A program made the position numbers and the translations under genes. Below are positions 55,401-63,581 of a DNA stretch of 64,000 bases, piece by piece. The stretch lies in IMG/VR virus record IMGVR_UViG_3300034158_000023, positions 151,387-215,386 of that record, one strand, 5' to 3'. The notes beneath the pieces were generated by a model that worked only from the letters and a program-made list of their open reading frames with translations, was not told the origin of the DNA and searched no databases. Position 1 is the stretch's first letter; the number at the start of each line of letters is the position of its first letter.

Positions 55401-55871
55401 TTTGTTAAGTCCAATTACTGCCGTATAGCTAACTCCACGTATGAGAACGGTGGTTCCTTTACTGGTAAGACATGGTTAGGTAGACAGCTCAACGTCTTAG
55501 AAGATAATGCGCTTGGAGCTATGTTGAATAAAAACAACATAATCCTGCCTACTGGTACTTACTACATCCGAGGTTGGGTGGCAAACTTTGGTATCCAGGC
55601 AAACGCTATCAAACTGTACTCTAACAACGAGCGTAGGGATTTGTTAGTATCGTCAGTGCAGTATTCTGAGGGGATGTCTAAGACCTTTATTGAAGGTTAC
55701 TTCACTCTAGGTACTCAGTCGTCTATTGCCTTACAACAGTATGGTCTGAAGGCAGTACCAACGTTTGGTCTAGGTAAGTGTGGTGATGGTTCGTCCGCAG
55801 CTTCTGCTACGCAGCAAGCTATGGGTATCCCAATGACACATTGTGAACTTAACCTTTGGAAAGTAGATTAA
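52485..55871 (+). CDS. Long tail fibre protein with many beta-hairpin shaft repeats
   Basis: 1128 aa; many ~30-aa repeats (GxxIxxxxxxxGxLxxxYSDGxxxxLG); three small F.A..GQT.F...V..NG units; C-terminal C1q/TNF-like domain (IILPTGTYYIRG). Confidence 0.75.
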   Translation: MNNQKLTGVLDQLVKRILTQVSGKTVQSMVVDQVTGEFTIYYTDGSEQNLGRIFGDAGAPGAGILDVQLYPDPESPADVYLQTTLTNGVILRTRDSLKGWDGKGLDSAYISNNHIHFVLDDGLGTELIPIPVNGLMAISITGANIVAGELVFNLSDGNTLTAGIAEDLAGRGITSAAITNSNLILKYSDAPDVPVDLGRVVGDSVVGTEVREGNLFFQLASGTELDAGSAAALAGVGVAEVKLEDGKLKIKYSNSPTFVDLGGVDGVASLRVVDGKLVYAKSSAPTLDIEIATFSSILGMEVVGNELFALTNQPAPADRINLGPVANLKGDPGVGISTAVIANNVLTLTLTNNAEIDLPVGGLAPVVITGARYDSVADEIFFILGDGSEIPSGIKEDMRGEGLNRVEMSATGVLTVYYDRAPTVGVELATIKYLTEFYVENGKIWAKYNTAPTTPVELGTILGVSEIVSEAGVIKVKYTDGTESTLGELKGIKSVTVDNAYNLVITYSDNSTHNAGLVRGSPGADGASIIGAVIDGSGDLILSTSKGETINAGQARIDIDNIIGSVKRFVATAAQAVYNVAHSGEAAVFVDGVLAPASRLDLSAGDSIKFNPAFTGGEQVVVMAFAPTGSVITGKGVKAVAEISPGVFEMELENGVKYTINTVTPIDPDALPPRITGIVINQSSHLIFTFSDETTIDAGFTANANSITTAKVNPSGDLILTLTDLTTINCGSVMSNLAISNAVIDANGHLIITMNSGGVFDTGVTGAYVVSAAIDANDGHLRLTLNTGTIVDAGAVVNPLLGTFIDVIAFEGQTEFSAMHAGHRVLFFANGILLNESRLNLTDPTKVITLTPRKDQDVIRIVLMSTGGVFVKGLESEALAQDNTYYGKVGGVVGFHPVGALKVATPLDFVANPGQTVFNNIPHTGMVEIFKNGQLVTTGFQTPPEKVIFNVPLVGGELIRINSLSAPKQLGAFVKSNYCRIANSTYENGGSFTGKTWLGRQLNVLEDNALGAMLNKNNIILPTGTYYIRGWVANFGIQANAIKLYSNNERRDLLVSSVQYSEGMSKTFIEGYFTLGTQSSIALQQYGLKAVPTFGLGKCGDGSSAASATQQAMGIPMTHCELNLWKVD

Positions 55872-55908
55872 CCCGATGGGGGTTCGCCCCCATCTATTAG
55901 GAGCTGTT

Positions 55909-56157
55909 ATGATACCAGAACAAGAACGCCAGCGCAGAGAGGCAGCTTTACTTAATATAGAAAAGAGCGCAGAAGTCCTCAACAAGTTTACCCAAGGGAA
56001 TGTCGATACGATTATCCCAACTGAAAACGGTAACTTACCTCCACTCAGTAAACTGGTTGCTGATATGAGTGGTCATGAAACTGAAATGACTGACTTTTTC
56101 CAACAGATCACTAACCGAATGAATGCGTTGGTGCCAGATGAGGATGTTACTCCATGA
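55909..56157 (+). CDS. Small protein resembling a stand-alone tailspike N-terminal anchor domain
   Basis: 82 aa from ATG 55909 (AGGAG SD); DTIIPTENGNLPPLSKLV resembles the D..V.T..G..PSL.K motif of tailspike N-termini. Confidence 0.5.
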   Translation: MIPEQERQRREAALLNIEKSAEVLNKFTQGNVDTIIPTENGNLPPLSKLVADMSGHETEMTDFFQQITNRMNALVPDEDVTP

Positions 56158-58178
56158 TTAGTCAAGACGTTAAAAATGCCCTCTTGCAATCCATCGACCA
56201 CTTAGTTGCGCGTATCATGGCGCAAGCTGGTATGAAAGAAAACGAGGTGGCTCAGTTAATCACTGCGTTATTTGCTGATGCGATGGAAGCCATTGATCCT
56301 ACCATTGATGATAAGATCATTAGTCCTAAAACCGCTGCGCTAGTAGCTAGCGGTATTCTGAATGCTAACATAGGTTCAGCACCAGATGATCTCAATTCGA
56401 TTGAAAAGATTGGTAACTACATCCCACAGTTGGCACAGTCTCTAGCTGACCAGTTAGATCAATTAGCCACTGCCCTTAGAGAAGACATCGCTGAGGCAGC
56501 CGCAGCTACTGGAGAGTTATCAGCTCTGTTAGCCAAACACGGCATACTGGGTGCGCTTAATTTAAGAGTACCTAGTCCAGCAGTAGATGCAATCGTTAGT
56601 AATACCCGTGCTGATTTGTTAGCCTTAGCTGTAGGTCCATACACTGGTTTTGTAAAAGCTAGTCAGATTGGGTTACCTAATTTAGCTGGCATGTGTGGCG
56701 GCTTACGTTACGACGAAGAAGTTCTTTTAAAAATAGAACATATGCGTTTCGATGGGGTAACCTATCAAACCAGAACGGCGTATACATCTAGAGGAGTTTA
56801 CACCACTAATTGGAACTCCCATATGGTGGACACCAATAGTCTATGGGCTGGTTGGCAACGACCTCCTGAAGAACAACTCTTACTTACTCGTCATGATAAC
56901 ATCGCAGATATCAACGATACTGCGCAGTATGATTTCATTAGTCAGTTAGAGATGGCGTCGTTACCTCTGGATTTATCTGGCCCATATTTAGAATGGTTAG
57001 GTATGTACAGCGTGCATACTGACTGGATGATTGGAAGACATGCTACCAATGGGCTGATCTTCTGGGTAACTTCTAAAGATGCTGACATAGGTCGTCCGGC
57101 AGAATGGTACATCCTGTCAAATGCGGTACACTCAGCTGGTTACAGTGGTGATACTCGCGTGGAGTGGGAAGCCAGAGGCGCGATAGTGGTAGCTTCAGGT
57201 ACGTGGTTGGATTTTGGTGCTCCTAATACAGATCCAGCGAACATAACTTGGCAAGTAGAAACCTTAGCTGGTCAAGGCATGTTCTATCGTCACACGATGC
57301 CACATGGTGAACCGTTAGGCCCTAACCCATCCAATTACAATGGCGTAGTAATGAACACTGACTTCAGTGTTTCCATTAGAGACCCTTATGCATTTGGTGT
57401 ATCAGGTGTGTATAAGCATGAATTAGTTATGCGTATCACTTGTGCCGATACTGGTACTGGTCGTCGCCACAGTCGTTTACTGCGGTTAGTTAAAACTTTA
57501 GATAGCCGTATTCCACAGTTACCTGAGTTAGGTACAACTGTAGGTACTGCTCAGATCAACCACGACTTATCTGTTTCAGCTGCTAATGACTTAATCAAAG
57601 CTAATCCCAAACTGCAATTAGGTGCACGTGTTGTAAAAGAGATTGGTAGAAAAAGTCCGCTAGTTGGCGTGTTACCTGAAGTAGATCGTTTAGATCCTAC
57701 TATGAAATCGTTTAGTTTCCCTGAACGTTGTGTGTCTAATGTAGAATTAGGAGTTATCCTAATACCAGATGATGAAAGTTCTGTGTATGAGTTCTCCGCA
57801 TTGTTCACAGTAGGGATTGAATTAACTTATGGCGGGGTAACTAGAGTATTCGAGTTTATCGATGACTATAATTTATCTGAGCGGGTTAATGGCGTATTGA
57901 CGGGTACTGAATTTGACGGGGTTACGTATCTCGTAAATGAAGAAGGTATGCAGTGGATCTCTATTGCCTGTGGTAAAACCGCAGATGCTCCTGTATCCAT
58001 GTTAGAGACCTTATTCCCCGGTGCTAGTAACTATGTACCAGCTACTGATGCATCTGGCGGTACAAGCTGGTTTGCGCACACTGGTGCGTTGGTGATTAAG
58101 CTTACTGCTACACCTAAAGATCCACTTAATGTCGAAGACCACTTAGAGTTATCTACGGCAGTCTATTTAACTGTTTAA
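56154..58178 (+). CDS. Tail fibre/spike protein
   Basis: IGSAPDDLNSIEKI (APxxLDTLxEI-type fibre motif); position in the fibre cluster. Confidence 0.6.
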   Translation: MISQDVKNALLQSIDHLVARIMAQAGMKENEVAQLITALFADAMEAIDPTIDDKIISPKTAALVASGILNANIGSAPDDLNSIEKIGNYIPQLAQSLADQLDQLATALREDIAEAAAATGELSALLAKHGILGALNLRVPSPAVDAIVSNTRADLLALAVGPYTGFVKASQIGLPNLAGMCGGLRYDEEVLLKIEHMRFDGVTYQTRTAYTSRGVYTTNWNSHMVDTNSLWAGWQRPPEEQLLLTRHDNIADINDTAQYDFISQLEMASLPLDLSGPYLEWLGMYSVHTDWMIGRHATNGLIFWVTSKDADIGRPAEWYILSNAVHSAGYSGDTRVEWEARGAIVVASGTWLDFGAPNTDPANITWQVETLAGQGMFYRHTMPHGEPLGPNPSNYNGVVMNTDFSVSIRDPYAFGVSGVYKHELVMRITCADTGTGRRHSRLLRLVKTLDSRIPQLPELGTTVGTAQINHDLSVSAANDLIKANPKLQLGARVVKEIGRKSPLVGVLPEVDRLDPTMKSFSFPERCVSNVELGVILIPDDESSVYEFSALFTVGIELTYGGVTRVFEFIDDYNLSERVNGVLTGTEFDGVTYLVNEEGMQWISIACGKTADAPVSMLETLFPGASNYVPATDASGGTSWFAHTGALVIKLTATPKDPLNVEDHLELSTAVYLTV

Positions 58179-58222
58179 ATCCATTAGGGGTAGGCAACTG
58201 CCCCTAGTATAGGTGAGGCATT

Positions 58223-60037
58223 ATGCAAAGAACTATGTTAAATCAACAGATGTCGATAGCTATGGCTGGGTTCTTAGAACGTATCCATGGTAGTATCGAT
58301 ATCCCTATTACAATCATCCGTGATTTCCAGTCACCAGAGTACGCAAAGTTACTATCTAACGATGTTGCTGTTGTGAATACTCTAGTCCCTGGTATTTATG
58401 CTGGCCACCTCACTGATACAGCTTTAGGTGTTGCTACTAGCGATACTCTAGGTTTGCTGCAAATCAATGTAGTGGATAAAACTGGCATTAAAGTAGTCAC
58501 TCGTGAATGGAATCATACCTACTCACAAGTCATGATAGGTGATGGAGAGATAACCAATCCTCCATGGATTAAAGTAGTAACTACTGCTGCTTTAAATGCT
58601 GTACCTTTAGCGACATCCAACCCTAACCTGATTGAACCTATCCCTTCTGCGATTGGCCACACTAAAATGGTTAAAGGGGTAACTTACTTCACGGCGACTG
58701 TAGCTGAGTTGGGTATCCCTGAGGAGATAGTTGCTAATCAAACATTAGTGGCGTTGACATCAGTGTTCGTTCTTACAGTACCTGAACGTAAATACTTTTA
58801 TGAAGCCAGAGTAGGTAACGACGTATATGTTTCTACTGTTACCCCTGCAACTAGTTTAGTACATAACTGGAAAGCAGCTGGAGGCACTGATCAAACGGCC
58901 GTAGAAGAGCTTATACGGGGTTTAATTGCTACGTCTATACAAGCAGTAGACAAAACCAATAACACCTCTCTAATGTCTCCTAAAGCGTTCTCAGTAGCAT
59001 TTGATGCAGCATTGGCAGACTGGATAGGTGCAGCTCCTGAAGCATTAGATACAATCGAAGAGATTGCAGCAGCATTTCAGAACAACCCAGACATCTTAAA
59101 CGTGATGATGGGTTTGATCAATGGGTTACGCACTGATGTAGACCAGTTAAAGCTAGATGTGATTGAGTTAGCAGAATCCAGTGGCGGTGCCATTCAGTTG
59201 GTAGATTGGGATAGTGCTCCTTGGACCACACTGCGTAACTGGATGTCTGGTGCTAACATGGCAACGATGCCTGTTGGTAGTTACATCGGGCAACAAGCTG
59301 GTTACCTATCAGGGTTAATGGAAAGTACTTTTGATTTACCAGTACATCGTCTTAACCCATTCGGCATTTTGCGGGTAGATATAATTCGAGCCCCTGATGT
59401 TATTAACTACACCCCACCAGGTGGTACTTGGTTTGAGTTTACGTTTTTCAATGCTGGTTTGACTTTCCGTCGCACTTGTAATTCTAGTTTACCAAACCCA
59501 TATCAAAGCCCATGGGTAATGGTTCAATCTAGTGACGTTTCAGTTACTCAGAACTTCGATGCTGCTAAAATGATTGCTCAACAATTATTGGGTAATGACT
59601 TTGGTATCTTTAATCGCTGGGCAGAAGAAGTTACCATAACTGATACAGTGCCTGATGATGGTTCTGCTAAAGTAGCATTTATGAATTTCTCTAATAGTGG
59701 TTGGAAACTGGGGATTTATTCAGACGACACTGGGGATGAGACCATCTACGACGACGGTCAAGTATTCGTTATGCCTAAAATGGATGATAACTCTGCGGTT
59801 TTGGGTTGGCATTTCAAGGTAGTGACAACCTCTGGTGAGTTAGAAACCAATTATTACGGTACAGTTGCCACCGCAGGTAAGGATTGGACTCAAGGTACAG
59901 ATTTTGTATTAGCGGTTGCTGCAAGTAATGCCAACCTTACTCCTAAGTGGGAAGGCGTGGTGTCATTCCGTGATCCTAATGGTAAAGTCTACGCTAATAC
60001 GTTGAAGCTTAACCCAACCTTTACAATAGTACAGTAG
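58223..60037 (+). CDS. Tail fibre/spike protein
   Basis: IGAAPEALDTIEEIAAAFQNNPD, a tail-fibre motif, preceded by MSPKAF as in 56154-58178 (ISPKTA). Confidence 0.65.
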   Translation: MQRTMLNQQMSIAMAGFLERIHGSIDIPITIIRDFQSPEYAKLLSNDVAVVNTLVPGIYAGHLTDTALGVATSDTLGLLQINVVDKTGIKVVTREWNHTYSQVMIGDGEITNPPWIKVVTTAALNAVPLATSNPNLIEPIPSAIGHTKMVKGVTYFTATVAELGIPEEIVANQTLVALTSVFVLTVPERKYFYEARVGNDVYVSTVTPATSLVHNWKAAGGTDQTAVEELIRGLIATSIQAVDKTNNTSLMSPKAFSVAFDAALADWIGAAPEALDTIEEIAAAFQNNPDILNVMMGLINGLRTDVDQLKLDVIELAESSGGAIQLVDWDSAPWTTLRNWMSGANMATMPVGSYIGQQAGYLSGLMESTFDLPVHRLNPFGILRVDIIRAPDVINYTPPGGTWFEFTFFNAGLTFRRTCNSSLPNPYQSPWVMVQSSDVSVTQNFDAAKMIAQQLLGNDFGIFNRWAEEVTITDTVPDDGSAKVAFMNFSNSGWKLGIYSDDTGDETIYDDGQVFVMPKMDDNSAVLGWHFKVVTTSGELETNYYGTVATAGKDWTQGTDFVLAVAASNANLTPKWEGVVSFRDPNGKVYANTLKLNPTFTIVQ

Positions 60038-60046
60038 GAGTAATGC

Positions 60047-60967
60047 ATGGGTTCTTCTAAACAAGCTTTAGATATTTTACGACGTCTAAATAAAGAACAG
60101 GCGTTCATTTTAGCTAAAAAATATGGTGGATCCTCTGGGGGCGGAGGTGGAGGTGAACCTGCGTCTGGGTTTAGTATTAAATTTTTAGATTTAACTGTCG
60201 CTGGTCAAAACCTGTTTAACAACGCAAACATTAAAGCCATTGAACCTGGCTTGTATGCAGTTGAATTAGTGGAAGCTGACTTAGTTAATTTCGACGGTGC
60301 TCTTAGTAACATTAGTGTATTGCCGATCTTAGCCTCAGTCCATGTAGCTGACGATGATTTACACTTAGGTGAGCGGTTAGTAGTATGGACAGTTAGTGAT
60401 GGCGTTAATACCATTCGACGTTTGTATAGCACATTTAACTCTACTGGGGTAAACGTTAAGTTAATCAGCGATACACAATTGGCTAGCGCTACTGATGCTA
60501 CTTATCTGGACTTAGAGAACAGTATCAATCGCGTAGGGTACAAAGTGGGTGAGGTTGTTACTGCATTTACTGGTAAGATAGTAAAAGGCGGTCCTATTAC
60601 TACTGGTTCACTTGAGTCTAGAATTAAGGTACAGTTTACACCAGCAGGAGAAATCCTATCGGTGTCTCCTAATCCTGTAATTCAAGCCAAACTGAATGAG
60701 ATAGCTAACTACTGGTTACCTTACGGTGGCGTGGCAAGTGAGTACTCATTCAAGTACGTTTTAGGTAGTGGTAGTTTAGATGCAGTAAACACCACAATGA
60801 CTGTTGCTTATGTGGAGATGGGTGTAGCTGCATTTAGTGTTGCTGCTAAAGCTACTGATGGTAATTCAGTATCTTCTACACTTACTGTTTACGTTAAGCA
60901 TAACCCAACTGGTACCGAGAAAATGATTTCCTTTACGCTACAAGCCAATGGTAATTATTTTAACTAA
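60047..60967 (+). CDS. Tail-associated protein with Gly linker
   Basis: 306 aa; N-terminal helix, GGSSGGGGGG linker, beta-rich body; cluster context. Confidence 0.5.
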   Translation: MGSSKQALDILRRLNKEQAFILAKKYGGSSGGGGGGEPASGFSIKFLDLTVAGQNLFNNANIKAIEPGLYAVELVEADLVNFDGALSNISVLPILASVHVADDDLHLGERLVVWTVSDGVNTIRRLYSTFNSTGVNVKLISDTQLASATDATYLDLENSINRVGYKVGEVVTAFTGKIVKGGPITTGSLESRIKVQFTPAGEILSVSPNPVIQAKLNEIANYWLPYGGVASEYSFKYVLGSGSLDAVNTTMTVAYVEMGVAAFSVAAKATDGNSVSSTLTVYVKHNPTGTEKMISFTLQANGNYFN

Positions 60968-61006
60968 ATGACCTAGGGGGTTAGACACCCCCTTTAGGAA
61001 TTCCCT

Positions 61007-61510
61007 ATGAGTACACGGATAGATCTTAATAAACCTTCCTCAGAGATAGCTTTGTTGTTGGTAAATAAAAACAATGGAACTGATCTTACGTACACAGTTG
61101 TGGGTATAACTGGTGCGATAGCAATCGACACATCTACTACTGGGAAGAACACCGCTGCAACAGTTCATGCTTTACCTGACCAAGCTTACTACGGTAACGT
61201 ACCCTTAGAGTACGATCGTTTAGACATAACTGAGATCATCGGAAATGAAATCAATTATGTTAATGGTCCCGTATTTACAATAGATGAAGTCATTGCTGCT
61301 ATCAATATTACTTATGGCTTAGGCTTAGTATCTTCAGAGATAGAGCAAATAGATTTCAGCGCTAATGGCACAGCTATTATTAAAATAGCCGATAGCCTAG
61401 TCTACATAGACAACAAACAATTTACTATACGTGATGAGTTCGACCACTCAGTTGAACAATTCTGGCATTTAACTAACGTAGTACTACCGCCCATTATGTC
61501 TTTTAACTAA
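61007..61510 (+). CDS. Tail/baseplate-associated small protein
   Basis: NTAATV.A......YG...L.Y.RLDI unit shared with 43705-44490. Confidence 0.55.
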   Translation: MSTRIDLNKPSSEIALLLVNKNNGTDLTYTVVGITGAIAIDTSTTGKNTAATVHALPDQAYYGNVPLEYDRLDITEIIGNEINYVNGPVFTIDEVIAAINITYGLGLVSSEIEQIDFSANGTAIIKIADSLVYIDNKQFTIRDEFDHSVEQFWHLTNVVLPPIMSFN

Positions 61511-61551
61511 TCATATGGACTTAGTACAGTTAAAACTTTTTAGGGGCTATT

Positions 61552-62403
61552 ATGCTTTCGATTACTCGCACGTGTTATGGTGGCGAACTACAGACTGCGA
61601 TGCTTCAGGGCATCCCGTACTTGTACGAAACCAACAGTACCATCAATGAAGCGTTAAACATTCAGCCGGGTGTAGTACCTTCCCCTGGTGTGTATGCACA
61701 CATGAAATATTTTGTTATTGGTGTGGGTGGCCACACGCTCGGTGCATCGGCTGGCGGTAGAGCTAAAATAGTAGAAGAGGAATTCGAACCTACATCTGCC
61801 TGTTTGTATGCGATTCGCCCTTTCGTGTTGCGATTAGAATCCAATGACTTGACAGCAGAGCAACGCTTAAAGTTTGGTCTTCGCCGTAAAGAACAACATG
61901 GTGGTAAAAACTACTTTGCTTACTACGGTAAAGTTATTGACCAAGCTAATACAACAACTAAGAAAATGTTGTATAAGAAACGTAATGGCGTTGAGTCATA
62001 CATTCCGTTCTCTCCTACCAACGATAACATCAAACCTACTCCTCCTGTCATTGTGCCTAACCAGGTAGTGCCTACGTTGAGTGATGCGGATAAAATTATC
62101 GTATCTAGTTTAACTACTATTCCTTTCACGGAATGGGACGTAAATGAATACGTTAGTGCTATTCGTATTATCGATGGCGATGAAGACTTAGCGGTTATCT
62201 CTGAAGTCGGTTTAGTAGCTGCGTTCCCACGCAACATTACAGCTGAAGGTGCAGGCGGCGCTACATTCCAGTTTACTGAAATGATGGGTTCACTGCTGAT
62301 TCAGTATGTTACTTTGTTCATTGACTTCAACTCTGCAAACATGGGTACTCAGTTTAGTATCGATGCTGGTGTAGCTGAACCGTTAGTCACGAAGACTAAC
62401 TAG
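61552..62403 (+). CDS. Virion structural protein (phiKZ gp139-like)
   Basis: ITRTCYG..LQT....GIPY....NSTINE, LRKEQHGGKNYFAYYGK motifs; directly before RuvC as in phiKZ. Confidence 0.65.
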   Translation: MLSITRTCYGGELQTAMLQGIPYLYETNSTINEALNIQPGVVPSPGVYAHMKYFVIGVGGHTLGASAGGRAKIVEEEFEPTSACLYAIRPFVLRLESNDLTAEQRLKFGLRRKEQHGGKNYFAYYGKVIDQANTTTKKMLYKKRNGVESYIPFSPTNDNIKPTPPVIVPNQVVPTLSDADKIIVSSLTTIPFTEWDVNEYVSAIRIIDGDEDLAVISEVGLVAAFPRNITAEGAGGATFQFTEMMGSLLIQYVTLFIDFNSANMGTQFSIDAGVAEPLVTKTN

Positions 62404-62404
62404 T

Positions 62405-62989
62405 ATGTGGGAGCTATCTAACCCACCTATTGATATACGCGTAAGGTTACTAGCGATCGACCCAGGTTCTACTACGTTAGGGTTTGCTTTAATGTTGATA
62501 GATCCGGTGCTGAAACAAATAACTGTGGGTGATGCATTCACTCTAAACGTGGGGCGTGGAGTTAACACACACTCCTTACGATTTGAGCAGTATGGGGCTA
62601 AAGCTGAAAGGTTACATCAGATCTACATGAATATGGGTTCTGTACTGTATCAACTACAACCTCATTTGTTTATAGCAGAGTCTCCATTTGTCGGAAGATT
62701 CGCAGCAGCATTTGAAGCATTGGTGGAAGTTAGAGATGCTCTTAAAGCAGCTCTGTGGGCTCATGATCCTACTATGATCTATGAGTCTGTAGATCCACTG
62801 ACGGCAAAAAAAGCAGTTGGAGCTGCTGTCTATAAGGGTTCTAAAGAAAACGTCAGGGATAGCGTTATAGCTCTACCTGATTTAATCTGGGCACCTAACG
62901 TACTGAAGTATGAATTAGATGAGCACTCTATAGACGCGGTTGCTGTTGGTTACTGTCGAGCCATAGGTTTCTTACGTGATGGTTATTAG
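62405..62989 (+). CDS. ruvC: RuvC-like Holliday junction resolvase
   Basis: LLAIDPGSTTLG, FIAESPF, AKKAVG and HSIDAVAVG catalytic D/E/D motifs. Confidence 0.85.
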   Translation: MWELSNPPIDIRVRLLAIDPGSTTLGFALMLIDPVLKQITVGDAFTLNVGRGVNTHSLRFEQYGAKAERLHQIYMNMGSVLYQLQPHLFIAESPFVGRFAAAFEALVEVRDALKAALWAHDPTMIYESVDPLTAKKAVGAAVYKGSKENVRDSVIALPDLIWAPNVLKYELDEHSIDAVAVGYCRAIGFLRDGY

Positions 62990-63013
62990 GAGGCTTCGGC
63001 CTCCTTTTTATGC
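62988..63013 (+). terminator. Intrinsic terminator with TATGCC tail
   Basis: AGGAGGC-TTCG-GCCTCCT, then TTTTATGCC. Confidence 0.8.
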
Positions 63014-63031
63014 CCCTATTGTAAAGAATGG

Positions 63032-63059
63032 CTGGAAAAGATTGTAGATATATATCCTC
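63032..63059 (+). promoter_or_regulatory. Putative early promoter
   Basis: CTGGAAAA-N11-TATATCCTC. Confidence 0.6.
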
Positions 63060-63061
63060 AA

Positions 63062-63098
63062 AGTAGTAAGAAAGCATAAAGCTTTCTATTCATAAAAC
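63062..63098 (+). repeat. 37-nt leader repeat with hairpin, copy 2
   Basis: Identical to 26088-26124. Confidence 0.9.
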
Positions 63099-63116
63099 TA
63101 TAAAAGGATACACGAC

Positions 63117-63557
63117 ATGAACAAAACTTATATTGATACATTAAAAAGCATTATGGCTGCACATGCTGCTAATAAGGAGAAAGAAATAGAAAGTGCTTTC
63201 CCATCCGATTTGGACGCAATGTATGTACGTCGCGAAGCCATGCTGGATACGATTAATCTTCGTTGCAAAGACTGGGAATCAGATAAACTAGAAATTGAGG
63301 CTAAAGATTATTCTTACGCCTTTGGACTATTTGTAAAACACTTAAACGGTGCCGTATGCAAATACCAAGCTGCATTAATAGCTTTCTTAGATTTACACGA
63401 AGCTGCACTAACGGCAGAGGTGAAAGATAGTATTACAGTACCAGAGGACATACTTAAGTTCTTAGAGTTTGCTAGGCACATATTGGAAGCATCCCAAATA
63501 AAACCCCTAATCCAACACGGTATAGACTTTGGTAAATTAAGTCAAGCCGACGAATAA
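63117..63557 (+). CDS. Hypothetical helical protein; paralog of 63582-63977
   Basis: AAAAGGA SD; full-length similarity to the next ORF. Confidence 0.7.
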   Translation: MNKTYIDTLKSIMAAHAANKEKEIESAFPSDLDAMYVRREAMLDTINLRCKDWESDKLEIEAKDYSYAFGLFVKHLNGAVCKYQAALIAFLDLHEAALTAEVKDSITVPEDILKFLEFARHILEASQIKPLIQHGIDFGKLSQADE

Positions 63558-63581
63558 AATTCAGTAACTGGAGTACCTAGC

